Shown here one piece after another: positions 39,476 through 52,820 of a stretch of DNA of 64,000 nucleotides. Position 1 is the stretch's first letter. The number at the start of each line of letters is the position of its first letter. The stretch is from Octopus vulgaris (lineage: Eukaryota), in the NCBI GenBank assembly GCA_951406725.2, contig OX597814.1, positions 151,466,001 to 151,530,000 of the forward strand. The letters run 5' to 3'. Both the position numbers and the translations under genes were made by a program. The notes beneath the pieces were generated by a model. That model searched no databases. It saw only the letters and a list, made by a program, of their open reading frames with translations, and was not told the DNA's origin.

Positions 39476-41975
39476 TCATCATCATCAACATCATCGTTTA
39501 ACGTCCGTTCTCCATGCTAGCATGGGTTGGACGGTTCGACCGGGGATCTGGGAAGCTAGAAGGCTGCACCAGGCTCCGGTCTTATCTGGCAATGTTTCTA
39601 CAGCTGGATGCCCTTCCTAACGCCAACCACTCTGTGAGTGTAGTGGGTGCTTTTTACGTGCCACCTGCACTGGTGCCAGGCGAGGCTGGCATCGGCCACG
39701 GTCGGATTGGTGCATTTTACGTGCCACCTGCATGGAAGCCAGTCAGGGCGGCATTGGCTTCGGCCACGATTCGGATGGTGCTTTTTACGTATCTCCAGTC
39801 CAGGGGTCCTGGCATCTGCCGGGTGCCAGTCATAGGATTGGTTCAATTTCGATTCCGATTTCACTTGCCCCAACAGGTCTTCGCAAGCAAAGGGGGGTTG
39901 CCATAGGTGCCTGTCGTCGGATGAGGTTCGATATCGACTTCGCTTGCCTCAACAGGTCTTTGTGTGTCCAAGGGAGGAAAGGCATGCATAAGTGGGCTGG
40001 ACTCACTTGCCCTGCCTGGTCTTTTCACGCACAGCATATTTCCAAAGGTCTCGGTCGCTCGTCATTTCCTCAGTGAGACCTAAAGTTCGAAGGTCGTGCT
40101 TCACCACCTCGTCCCAAGTTTTCCTGGGTCTACCTCTTCCACGGGTTCCCTCCACTGTTAGGGATTGGCACTTTTTCACACACCTATCTTCATCCATTCT
40201 TGCCACATGACCATACCAGCGCAATCGTCTCTCTTGCACACCACAACTGATGCTCCTTAGGTCCAACATTTCTCTCAGGGTACTAACGCTCTGTCGAGCA
40301 TGCACACTGACATTACACATCCATCGGAGCATACTGGCTTCATTTCTCGCGAGCTTACGCATGTCCTCAGCAGTCACGGCCCATATTTCACTGCCATGTA
40401 GCATGGCTGTTCGTACACATGCATCATACAGTCTGCCTTTTACTCTGAGTGAGAGGCCTTTAGTCACCAGCAGAGGTAAGAGCTCCCTAAACTTTTGCCC
40501 AGGCTATTCTTACTCTAGCTGTTACACTTTCAGCACACCCACCCCCACTACTGACTTGGTCACCAAGATAACGGAAGCTATCAACTACTTCTAGTTTTTC
40601 CCCCTGGAAAGTGACGGAAGTTGTTTTCTGCAGATTTTCAGAGGTTAATGCTCCCGAGCATCTGCCACATACAAAAACCATCTTCCTAGTTAGCCTTCCT
40701 ATGACATTGTTGCACCTCTTATGTGTCCATAGCTTACACTTGGTGCATCTTATAGAGTTTCTACCTACACCTTTTCTACAGATCGAGCAGGGCCATCTAC
40801 CTGAAGGCGTTTGTGATTTGTCTACCTTCCTACTTATTACGACTTTGGTTTTAGCTAGATTGACTCTAAGGCCCTTCGATTCTAAACCTTGCTTCCACAC
40901 CTGAAACTTCTTCTCCAGTTCTGATAGTGACTCAGCAATTAGAGCAAGGTCATCAGCATAGAGGAGCTCCCAGGGGCATCTTGTCTTGAATTCCTCCGTT
41001 ATTGCCTGGAGGACTATGATAATAGGAGGGGGCTGAGGACTGAGCCTTGGTGGACCCCTACCTCTACCCGGAATTCTTCACTGTACTCGTTGCCAACCCT
41101 CACCTTACTAGCAGCGTCCCTGTACATGGCTCGCACAGCTCTCACTAACCATTCATCTATTCCTAGTTTCCTCATTGACCACCAGATGAGGGATCGGGGG
41201 ACCCTGTCGAAGGCTTTCTCCATGTCAACAAAAGCCAGGTACAGGGGCTTATCTTTGGCTAGGTATTTCTCCTGCAGCTGCCTTACCAGGAATATAGCAT
41301 CAGGGGTACTTTTCCCTGGCACGAACCCAAACTGCATCTCATCTAAACTAACTCTCTCTCTAATTAGTTGGCTTATGACCCTCTCTGTAACCTTCATCAC
41401 CTGATCCAACAGCTTGATACCTCTGTAATTATTTGTATCTAGGGCATCACCTTTACCTTTGTAGCAGTTGACTATTATGCTGCTACACCAGTCATTGGGT
41501 ATGACTCCTTCATGTATCACCTGTTTAACTATACGGGTGACTAGGCTATAGCCGACACTACCAGATATTTTGAGCATCTCTGCAGTGATACCTGATGGGC
41601 CTGGGGCTTTCCCTGTCTTCATGCTTCTAATTGCCTTAACTACCAAGGAACTATCAACCCTGATAGCTGGTCCCTCTGTTGGGTCAACGTTCAGCAGACT
41701 CTCTTTATCCCATTCATTTTCTTTATTCAGCAACCTTTCATAGTGGCGTCTCCAAGCCTCTCTCTTTGCATCCTCGTTTAGCGCAAGTGAACCATCTTCC
41801 ATGCGAACACACTTCTCTCCTACCACATCACAATTCTCTCTCACACACTGTCTTGCAACGCGAAACACCTCCAGTCTTTGGTCCTCACGGTGCAGAACAT
41901 TGGCAAATTTTTTCTTATCTGCTTCCCCTCTGGCTAGATAGACCTGTCTCCTAGCTTCCCTTTTAGCAGTCTGAT
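39476..41975 (-). mobile_element. 5'-truncated RTE-clade LINE (frameshifted RT ORF, 3'UTR, (GAT)n tail)
   Basis: RT motifs KAPGPSG, NYRGIKL, QFGF, FVDMEKAFDRVPR, GVHQGSVLSP and LYADD (~40950), then FRYLG and RRLRWYGHVARM...RGRPRKTW, across three frameshifted ORFs. (CAT)n at 39476-39495. Confidence 0.95.
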
Positions 41976-42000
41976 TATGTAATAAATATAATACAATATA

Positions 42001-42621
42001 CAGGGTGCGATGGGTAAATCTTCATTTTATATTTTTAATTTCACACAGTGCACCATTTGTTTTTGATTTTGTTGACTACACAGTATTGTAGGGTTGGTTG
42101 GGCACCATCTTTGATTAAAGCAGCACTGTGATGCAATTCTCTCTGCCTAGAATTTGGAAATGACATGCTGTACTGCTTGGTATTCATATTGGAAGTTCCA
42201 ATATGAACATTTCAGAGTGTTTGGTTGTCAATCTGAAAACAGTCCAGAGGATTCGGAAAAAGTTGGATGAGTCTAGTGGTGATTACAAAGGTACAACAGC
42301 TCAGAAAACACACTCTGATTGTTCTGATAAGAAAATAACTCCTGAATTTGTTGGTGATGACAATGATTGACAACAATTCCTCCAAGTCAATCAGGTTCAT
42401 TGTCAGCGACATATCTTTACTCTCTTTACTCTTTTACTTGTTTCAGTCATTTGACTACAGCCATGCTGGAGCACCGCCTTTAGTCGAGCAAATCAACCCC
42501 AGGACTTATTCTTTGTAAGCCCAGTACTTATCCTATCGGTCTCTTTTGCCGAACCGCTAAGTGACGGGGATGTAAACACACCAGCATCGGTTGTCAAGCA
42601 ATGCTAGTGGGACAGACACAG

Positions 42622-42652
<31 letters not shown>

Positions 42653-43701
42653 CATACATATATACGACAGGCTTCTTTCAGTTTCTGCTACCAAATCCAC
42701 TCACAAGGCTTTGGTCGGCCCGAAGGCTATAGTAGAAGACACTTGCCCAAGATGCCACGCAGTGGGACTGAACCCGGAACCATGTGGTTGGTAAACATGC
42801 TACTTACCACACAGCCACTCCTGCGCCTGTGTGTCTGAGTTTCTTATCAGGCAAGTAGTGCATGAAAACATTCAGTATACCTCATACAAGATGAGAAAGG
42901 GCCAATTTTTTTCCCAAGCCATCAAGGACAAGAGGAAAGACCACACTACAAAGCTTTTGAACAAACTCAAGCATCCCCTCCAACTGAACATGCTTTGGTT
43001 TTTCTCGGACGAGAGAATTTCTGCCAGGATCAGATGGTGAACACACAGAACAACTGTTGGCTTGTTGTGTCCCCAAAACATGTACGGAAAGTGATAAAAA
43101 TCAAACATCCAGTCAACATCATGGTGTCCGGAGTGATCACTAGTGATGGCAACATTATGCTTCCACTCATCTTCCCACATGGCTTCAGACTCTACACAGA
43201 GGCTTACATCAAGTGCTTGGAGGAGGTATTGCTGCCCTGGATTAAAAGGGTAGCTACTGGAAGACCCTGTGTCTGGCAACAGGACTCTGCACAATGCCAC
43301 ACAAGCAGGAGAGCCGAGTCATGGCTGTCAGACAATTTCTGCAACCACATCACCCCTAACAACTGGCCACCTAACTCTCCAGACTGGAACGCCCTTGATT
43401 ATTATGTGTTGGGTGCAGTTGAACAAGTGACCAACAAAATTCCTTCTAACACTAAAGATGAACTGGAGGCAAGGATTATGGTAGCATTCACCAACTTAAA
43501 CAAGGAGACCATCCAGAAAAGTTGCAGGAGATTCCAAAGCTATCTGGAGGTGTGGTTGAGGCCAATGGAGATTTTATTGAATAACTTCACTCTTTAGTAT
43601 TTCAAGATATTTTTATATAATTTTGGTAAATATGTCTTAAAATGAGATGTCAGTGTTATTTTCATTTTTGCTTTAGAGAACAATTTATTTACCACACGCT
43701 G
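42001..43701 (+). mobile_element. Tc1/mariner maT (DD37D) transposon, defective
   Basis: TA-flanked imperfect TIRs CAGGGTG...GGTAAAT / ATTTACC..CACGCTG. Motifs FSDE and WQQDSAQCH...WPPNSPDWNALD, with 37 residues between the second and third D. Frameshift near 43015. Confidence 0.9.
42414..42827 (-). mobile_element. Family-A SINE nested in the maT transposase
   Basis: Homologous to 10806-11262 and interrupts the transposase N-terminal region. Confidence 0.85.
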
Positions 43702-43771
43702 TAAATATATGTTATATAATATATATACATATATGTATTTCTTATATGAATATATATTATATACATAGTAG

Positions 43772-44085
43772 AGGCGCAATGGCCCAGTGGGACTCACGGT
43801 CAGAGGATTGTGGTTTCGATTCCCAGACTGGGCATATGTGTGTTTATTGAGCAGAAGTACCTAAATTTCCACAAGGCTCCAGCAGGGGGTGGTGGCGACC
43901 CCTGTTGTACTCTTTCGCCTCAACTTTCTCTCACTCTTTCGCCTCAACTTTCTCTCACTCTTTCTTCCTGTTTCTTGAGTAACGCTGCGAAGGACTGGCA
44001 TCCCGTCCAGCTGGGGGGAACACATATACCATAGAAACTGAGAAACCAGGCCCATGAGTCTGGCTAGGCTTGAAAAGGGCGCATA
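43772..44085 (+). mobile_element. tRNA-derived SINE (head as at 37268, third tail type)
   Basis: GGCGCAATGGCCCAGTGG...GGTTTCGATTCCCAGAC head with a distinct 3' half. Confidence 0.75.
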
Positions 44086-44133
44086 AATAAAAAAAATTAT
44101 ATACATAATATAATAAGTATATAATATATATAC

Positions 44134-44478
44134 ATCATCATCATTTAGCGTCCGCTTTCCATGCTAGCATGGGTTGGACAGTTCAACTGGGGTCTGGGAA
44201 ACCAGAAGGCTTCACCAGGCCCAGTTTGATCTGGCAATGTTCCTACGGCTGGATGTCCTTCCTAACACCAACCACTCCGTGAGTGTAGTGGGTGCTTTTT
44301 ACGTGCCACCGGCACAGGTGCCAGGGGAGGCTGGCAACAGCCACAATCGGATGGTGCTTTTTACGTGCCACCGGCACGAGGCCAGTCGGGGCGGCGCTGG
44401 CAACGGCCACGTTCGGATGGTTCTCTTACGTATCACCGGCACTGGTATCACAGCTGCAATTTCCATTGATGTTGATCG
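44134..44478 (-). mobile_element. RTE 3'UTR fragment
   Basis: Homologous to 39476-39800, including the (CAT)n tail. Confidence 0.8.
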
Positions 44479-45107
44479 AATATATATATATATATAGATA
44501 CATATATATATTCATATACATTTAATAATTAAGGGTACTAACAAGCAGTACCAGCATGCTAAATATAGCAGTCAAAATGACCAAATCACAAATTTTCACT
44601 GTTAGTAACCTTAATTATTAACTGATAATCTTTTGCCGTTATGGGATTTTTATGCATGCTGAACCACTGATATTATCATGAACAATAATACCCTCATATA
44701 TATATATATATATATATACAAAATAAGAAAATGGAGAAATATATCTAAATCATTCATCAACTATCAGATAATACCGAATCATATACTTTATTAAAACACT
44801 ACACAAGAGCATTAAGATTAGACATTAATACAGTACAATAATTACAATCAATATAATAAGATATAACTAAATAAATATAACAAGATATAAAAATACATAT
44901 ACATTCTCTAGCAGTATATTGGATATATGTTATCCCATGGAGGGTTGAATTTACAACCCCTATCTCATTTTATATATATATATATGTAATCATGTCAAAG
45001 GGAAATGGAATTTAATTAAAATTAAAACATTCAATCAAAATTTACATTTCCAGTGGTCTAACGTGCATAAAAAATTAGTCAAGAAGACTATATATTAGTC
45101 ATACGAT

Positions 45108-45328
45108 ATAGTGTATATTTAAACACATAAGGAATTCACTTATAGGGAATTCAGCACGCTAGAAAGGACAGCTAGGTTCTGTAAACCACAAAAATAACGG
45201 ATAGAATTTGACAGGAATAAATTTGGAAATGAAAAACATTTACCATCTAGTACCCTGGTACTAGCTGTTCTCTCTAGCATGTTGAATTCCCTTTAAGTGG
45301 ATTCCTTATGTGTTTAAATATACACTAT

Positions 45329-45329
<1 letters not shown>
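45108..45329. repeat. Inverted repeat, ~68-bp arms with ~85-bp spacer
   Basis: TATAGTGTATATTTAAACACATAAGGAAT.CACTTA.AGGGAATTCA.CA.GCTAGA...ACAGCTAG and its reverse complement at ~45261-45329. Confidence 0.85.
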
Positions 45330-45362
<33 letters not shown>

Positions 45363-45630
45363 GATATCATTGGCACAGGAGTGGCTGTGTGGTAAGTAGC
45401 TTGCTTACTTCCCACTGCGCATGAGCTGTTTGTTGTCAGTGTGCGCATGCGTTGTTGTGTTGTGCATATCACTGAAGGAGATAGCCAGTGAAAAAGTTGC
45501 CCAGCTGTAAGATTAGGCTTTTGTTTTTTGGGTCCAGTGGGGGTTTGTTGTTTGTGGTAATATTTTTACAAGCAAGGAGTCCTCGCTGGATTCTAGTCTG
45601 CCTGCAGTTGGGATAAGATTGTTCACATTA

Positions 45631-45843
45631 ACTCTTTACTCTTTTACTTGTTTCAGTCATTTGACTGCGGCCATGCTGGAGCACCGCCTTAAATCGAGCA
45701 ACTCGACCGCAGGACTTATTCTTTGTAAGCCCAGTACATATTCTATCGGCCTCTTTCGCCGAACCACTAAGTGAAGGGGACATAAACACACCAGCATGGA
45801 TTGTCAAGCAATGCTAGGGGGACAAACAGAGACACACAAACCT

Positions 45844-45874
<31 letters not shown>

Positions 45875-45875
45875 C

Positions 45876-45934
<59 letters not shown>

Positions 45935-46100
45935 TACAACAGGCTTCTTTCAGTTTCTGTCTACCAAATCCACTCACAAGGCTTTGGTCGGCCCGAAGGC
46001 TATAGTAGAAGACACTTGCCCAAGATGCCATGCAGTGGGACTGAACCCGGAACCATGTGGTTCGTAAGCAAGCTACTTACCACACAGCCACTCCTTTGCC
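45631..46100 (-). mobile_element. Family-A SINE
   Basis: Homologous to 10806-11262. Confidence 0.85.
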
Positions 46101-46681
46101 TATTAAATGAATATTTTTTCTCATTGTGAGATTTGTTGTTTGGTGGGCATGTCTCGCCACCAAAATTTGTGAAAATTGTGAAAATTGTGAAAATTCAACA
46201 AATTTGTGGTGGATTTTTTGTGTGTTCTTGCTGCTACTGTGACCTGGAGTACCTGTGTGGAGTACCATTTTTTCGGACTACCTGTTGGCCAGGATTACAA
46301 AGTGGCTGGAATTGTGTTGCCGTGTCTTGAACTCTCTTCCTCATTCTTTTCCTCTGCTTTGTCTTTCTGTTTTTTTTTTTGTGATTTTGACTCTGTTTGG
46401 ACTTCTTGGTTGAACATTTTTTGGACTGTCCTGTCTTTTCTGCAAGCATGGCAAAAAAGATAAACACTTCATTTGAAGTGGGAGATTGTACCCGCCAGGC
46501 AGTGGGTAAAAGACTTCAATGAGAGAATGGTGGTGTTGAGGAGGAATTCCAAGTCTCTCAACACCATCACTGTGTTCTCTCAAATTGAAATTGAGAAAGT
46601 GCGTGAGACCATAACCCGTGGCCTATGCCAGAGGGGTAACCAGCTCAAAGTATCTGGCAGTGTTGGCTCTAACCTCGTCAC

Positions 46682-46721
<40 letters not shown>

Positions 46722-46725
<4 letters not shown>

Positions 46726-48478
46726 TCATCATCATCATCGTTTAACGTCTGTTTTCCATGGTAGCATGGGTTGGATGGTTTAACCGGAATTTGGGAAGCC
46801 AGGAGGCTGCACCAGGCTCCAGTCTGATCTAGCTGTGTTTCTACAGCTGGATGCCATTCCTAACACCAACCACTCCGTGAATGTAGTGGGTGCTTTTTAC
46901 GTGCCAGGGGAGGCTGGCAATGGCCACGATCAGTTGGTGCTTTTTACATGCCACTGACACAGAAGCCAGTCAAGGCGGCATTGGCATCAGCCACATGCAG
47001 GTGGTGCATTTTACATGCCACTGGCACAGGTATCACAACTACAATTTCCATTTGATTTTTTTATGTTGATGTACTTGACTCAATAGGTCTCCTCAAGCAC
47101 AGTAGGTTGCCCTACGATCTAAGGTAAGCACAGCAGGCTGTCCTGCAATCCAAGGCACTTTGGATGGACTGGGGCTTCTATCTGAAGCTGGTGCAGGAAA
47201 CAGCCATGAACTCACGTTATTTGTCAGGTCTTCACAGTCACAGCATATCTCCAGAGGTCTCGGTCTTTTGTCATTGCCTGTGTGAGACCCAATGTTCAAA
47301 GGTCATGCTTGACCACCTCATCCCATGTCTTCCTGGATCTATCTCTATCCTGGATTCCTTGAACTGTTTGGGAGTGGCACTTCTTCACACATCTCTCCTC
47401 ATCCATCCGTAGTACATGACCATACCAGCGCAGATGTCTCTCTTGCATACCACATCCAATGCTTCTTATGTCCAGCATTTCTCTCAGGGTACTTACACTC
47501 TATCATGTATGCACACTGACATTACACATCCATCGGATCATGCTAGCTTCATTTCTTTCAAGCCTATGCATGTCTTTAGCAGTCACGGCCCATGTTTCAC
47601 TGCTGTGAATCATGGCGGTTTGCACACATGTATTGTACGATCAACCTTTCACTCTGAGCAAGAGGCCCTTTGTCACCAGTAGGGGTAGTAGATTTCAGAA
47701 CTTTGCCCAGGTTATTCTTATTCTAGTGGTAAAACTCTCTGAGCATCCACCCCCACCACAGACTTGGTCAGCTTGGTAGTGGAAGCTATCAACTATTTTT
47801 ACTTTCTCCCCAGGCATGTGATGGAATCTGTTTTCTGAGCATCTATAGTACTTATTGCTCCTGTGCATCTGCTACACACGAAAGCTTTCTTCTCGGTTAA
47901 TTTTCCTTTGATGGTGCTGCACCTCTTATGTATCCATAGCTTACACTGGGTACATCTTATGGAGCTTCTACCTACACCTTTCTACAGATTGAGCAGGGCT
48001 ACCTACCTGAAGGGGTGTGTGGTCTGTTTGCCTTCCTACTTACTAGAACTTTGGTCTTTGCAACATTGACTCTAAGGCCTTTTGAATCTAAACCTAGCTT
48101 CCACACCCAAAATTTTTTTTTGTAGTTCCAGTAGTGATTCTGCTATGAGGGCCAGGTCATCAGCATAGAGGAGCTGCCAGGGGCAACCAGTCTCGAATTC
48201 CTCTGTTATTGCCTGGAGGACTATAATGAATAAAAGGGGACTGAGGGCTGAACCTTGGTAGACCCCTACTTCTACCCGGAAGTATGGATACATAACAGGT
48301 GCAGCACCATCAAAAGAAAATTAACCGAGAAGACAGCTTTTGTGTGCAGCAGATGCACAGGGGCAATAAACACCATTGATACTCAGGAAACAGATTCCAT
48401 TACACTCCTGGGGAAGAAACTAGAAACACTATACTCATTGCCAATCCTAACCTTGCTGACGGCCTCTCTGTATAGGGC

Positions 48479-48480
<2 letters not shown>
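46722..48480 (-). mobile_element. Older degenerate RTE LINE copy
   Basis: GVYQGSALSPLLF, LLYADDL and ERHLRWYGHVLRM motifs, plus (CAT)n tail. Collinear with 39476-41130. Confidence 0.9.
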
Positions 48481-48518
<38 letters not shown>

Positions 48519-49689
48519 GGGGGGTGAGGCTGAGAGAAAAAGAGACGGAGTGAGGCATGTATGTATGTATCTATGTATGTATGTGTGTGTGTATGTATGC
48601 ATGCATGTATGCATGCATGTATGTATGTATGCATGTATGTATGTATTTATGTATGTATGTGTTCATCTTTCTGAATATATGTTGGTATATGTTTCTATGT
48701 GTAACTCTATATTTATACATTTGTATATATGTATATCCATGTCAAGCCTAGTTGTGTTTATGTACATCATCACCTACATACATATATATCTGTGGGAGTG
48801 TTTTACTTATACTTTAGCTTTGCTATGTAAACTTGTAGCCCATTGATTCCAGATTTTATTTCCATTTCTAGAATTCCTTCTCTAACCTTATTACAGTTTT
48901 AGCTATTAGAATGAGATCATCCGTAAGTCAGGATTCCCAGAAGCACTGTCTTAAACACCTCTATTATGGCTAAGAGGACCTTGATAAATAGAATGGTATG
49001 AGTACTGAGCCTTGGTGGATCCCTATCAGTACACTATATCTTCTGCTGTACTTGTTGCTAAATCAACTTACTGAGAGCACTCTGGCAAATGGTTTGTGTG
49101 GCCATCACAAGGCATTTCGAATTACTCAGAAGATTATTGAGTGGAGGACTCTGTTGAAGGCTTTCTACAGGCAGCAGTTTACTCTTATATGTATATATAT
49201 ATATATTTCTTTACTACCCACAAGGGGCTAAACACAGAGGGGACAAACAAGGACAGACAAATGGATTAAGTCGATTATATCAACCCCAGTGCGTAACTGG
49301 TACTTAATCTTTCGACCCTGAAAGGATGAAAGGCAAAGTCGACCTCGGCGGAATTTGAACCCAGAATGTAATGGCAGATAAAATACAGCTATGCATTTCG
49401 CCCGGCATATATATATATATATGTGTGTGTGTGTATATGTGCACACATGTATATGTTCGTGTGTGTGTGTGTGAATGTATGTATGTATGTGTGTATGTCT
49501 GTATGCTATCTAGTTTAAATTTCTAGATTTCATGACAATGGAGAAAGGTCCAGTTTCTAACCTAGACCCAAAGATCCTTCATAGGAATTTCAACAACATC
49601 AACAGGGCTGTTGTGTGTATATTCGCAGGTAGTTGACGTCAGTAAATGTGCAAGTCTGTATATTTTGTTTTATGAATATGTAGCCAATG

Positions 49690-50040
49690 CCAGTGACAAG
49701 TGAAAAGGACCTATCGAGAGTTGGGCCTCATGGAGGCAATGATGAATGACCAAGACCTTTGGCATTATGCTGTGCTTGAGTAGAAAACTCATCAAGCTAA
49801 GTAATATCACAGATGAGGCAGATACTGGTGTCACACAAATGGCACACATGTTGGTGGCACATAAAAACACTCATTATACTCTCAGAGTGGTTGGCATTAG
49901 GAAGGACATCCAGCTGTTGAAACCATGCCAAATCAGACTGGGGTCTGATGCAGCCTTCCAGCTTGCCAGCCCTGGTCAAACCTTCCAACCCATGCCAGCA
50001 TGGACAACAGATGTGAAATGATGGTGATGATGATCATGAT
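49690..50040 (+). mobile_element. RTE 3' end
   Basis: Reverse complement of the RTE 3'UTR, ending in (GAT)n. Confidence 0.7.
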
Positions 50041-50812
50041 CATGTACACATACATATAGTTGCATGCCTAGGCATGTAGTAAAATAAAAGCAAAATAAAA
50101 GCATATTTTATACACCACACTCACACATACAATTTGGCTGGTAGTTCTTTTCCATGTGAGTGGTTTTGCTCTTGGGAATCTGTTACAGGCACACTGCTTC
50201 ATAAAGGTTACTGCTAGCTCCCACTGTACAAGCAACCATGTGCTACCATCTGCTGGCACACTAAAGAACTGGTCCAGGAACTTTTGATACCATCTTGTAT
50301 GTTTCTATCAGAGCCAACCAGTGTGGTATGCTAATATTCCCATTGACAGCTTGCTTGTACGATAAGAATAATACAGTAAGTAGGTTAGTGTCTTTTACCA
50401 GTATTCAGCAATCATGTCTCTTCCACGTGTTTTCCCATCTTTTATCTTTTATTGGATTGTGGCTGTTCTACAATACCACCTTGAAGGATTTAGTCAAACA
50501 AATGACCCTTTTTTTAAAGTCTGGTACTTATTCTTTCTCTTTATATGAAATTGCTAAGTAATAGGGATGTAAACAAACCAACACCGGTTATCAAGTAATA
50601 ATGAGGACAACACACACACACACACACACACGAAAAAGGGGTTATAACCCTGAAATATTGAAATACAAGGTAAAACTGCAACTTTGTATTGTTTGTTTTG
50701 TTTTCCTTTTCCTTTTGTAGTTTACTCGGTACCTTCTATCATTGTTCCAGCTTTGTACAACAAATCTCTTTAAAGCAATACCATACAATGCTTTGCCAAA
50801 ACTACTCCATTT

Positions 50813-50847
<35 letters not shown>

Positions 50848-52401
50848 CATGCATGCACACACATGGTAGGTTTCTTTCAGTTTCTGTCTACCAAATCCAC
50901 TCAGAAAGCTTTGGTTTGCCTGGGGTTGTAGTAGAAGACATTTGCCCAGGGTACCATGCAAGGGGGCTGAACCCACCTTGCCGAGAATCACTGCTCCAAG
51001 TCGTCTGGAATAAAAACTGTGAATTTGTACAATTATAGCTAAATGCTAACAATGTATGAGGAAAGACAAAGTGATCATCATTGTTCAGCATCTTAAATTA
51101 ATTACTTTCATTTGTATCTTTTTTCTGTATCATGTAGCTGATAGCCTTTCTTGAATTCAAACCCGGAATGTTCATGTTCGCAAGTCCAAACTGCTGGCGA
51201 ATAATATTACTATATTTATTAAAATTGGCTGGAGATAGTTACCACCATCAATGAATACTACTATATTTGGTAATATTGACTACAGTTAGTTTTAGCTACA
51301 TTTTGCAACTCCATTATAATGCTTACTAACTCTTTGATGTCAGTTTTTGATGGGCATTGGTAAGCAAAAAGAAAAATTCCCTTTCTGAGTCTAAGGGCCT
51401 CCTGAAATATTCTAGAACCTTTTGACAGGCTTATAAAGACACTGGTGCTCAGCACTTTGCAGAGATTTTTGTTAGAGGATATTCTCATCTCTCAACTGTC
51501 TAAGAGATTATTCCTGTTTTAAATGGACTGTCTTAAATTTGTATGAGATATTTCAGCTCTCATCTCTTGACTTTTTCATTGTTTCTTTATTCACTCATAT
51601 ATAACATACATAACAAACTGTACTGTATATTAAAAATGTTTAGTGTTAATATTTATTATTAATAGGATTGGATTACTTATGTTCAGTCCACTGCTGGACA
51701 AAAGCCTCAGCATGTTCTTTCCATCAACCACAATCTGATGTGTAGGCTGTGAATTTGAGCTTCAAATCATTCTACTTCGATAAGCCTACTCTGTCACACT
51801 GACTTGACATTGTTTGGTAGACGGGTGCATTTTTTTATACTCTTATCCAGGGGTAGTTGAGCCGATTACATTGATTCCAGTGCTCAACAGTTATTACCAA
51901 CTCAGAAAAGATGAAAGAGCAAATCGGCCTCAGCAGAATTTGAACTCAGAACGTAAGATGGACAAAATACTGCTAAGCATTTCGTCTGGAGTGCTACCGA
52001 TTCTGTCAGTTTGACTATTAATAAACCCTGATTATTCAACATGTTAAGCATAACACAACTACAATCCCTTTTCAAGTTCCTATTTTACTAATTGCCATTT
52101 GTCTCTTATGCTGAGTCAAAGAATAACAGAGATTTATTTTCCTGCTGGTGACATGATATCATCAATTATCAGAATAAGTGGAAAAATTCCTGGAAATTTG
52201 TTCACACATTCAAAAGGTTTGAGTTGTTTTGCACTCATCCAAGCACAGTCATAGCTGAAGAAGCTCGCTTTGCAGTCACTTGGTCTCAGGTTCAGTCCTA
52301 CTCCTTGGCCCCTTGAACATGTATCTTCTACAGTAATCCCACCTGCCTCAGACTGATCCATACATTGTGAGTGAATTTGGTAGACAGAAACTGTGTGGAA
52401 G

Positions 52402-52820
52402 TTGGCAAGCTGGCAGAAACATTAGTATGCCGGGCGAAATGCTTAGTGGTATTTCGTTTGCCGCTACGTTCTGAGTTCAAATTCCGCCGAGGTCAACTTT
52501 GCCTTTCATCCTTTCGGGGTCGATTAATTAAGTGCCAGTTACGAACTGAGGTCGATGTAATTGACTTAATCCATTTGTCTGTCTTTCTTTTTGTCTTCTC
52601 TGTATTTGGCCCCTTGTGGGTAGTAAAGAAATAGGTATTTCATCTGCTGTTACGTTCTGAGTTCAAATTCCGCCGAGGTCGACTTTGCCTTTCATCCTTT
52701 CAGGGTCGATTAAATAAGTACCAGTTACGCACTGGCATCGATATAATCGACTTTATCCGTTTGGCTGTCCTTGATTGTCCCCTCTGTGTGTAGCCTCTTG
52801 TGGGCAATAAAGAAATAAGA
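52402..52820 (+). mobile_element. Family-B SINE partial tandem, nested in a family-A relic
   Basis: Full copy 52402-52633 followed by a 5'-truncated copy 52634-52820. Flanked by the duplicated AGAAACTGTGTGGAAGT (52386-52402 / 52818-52834). Confidence 0.8.
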
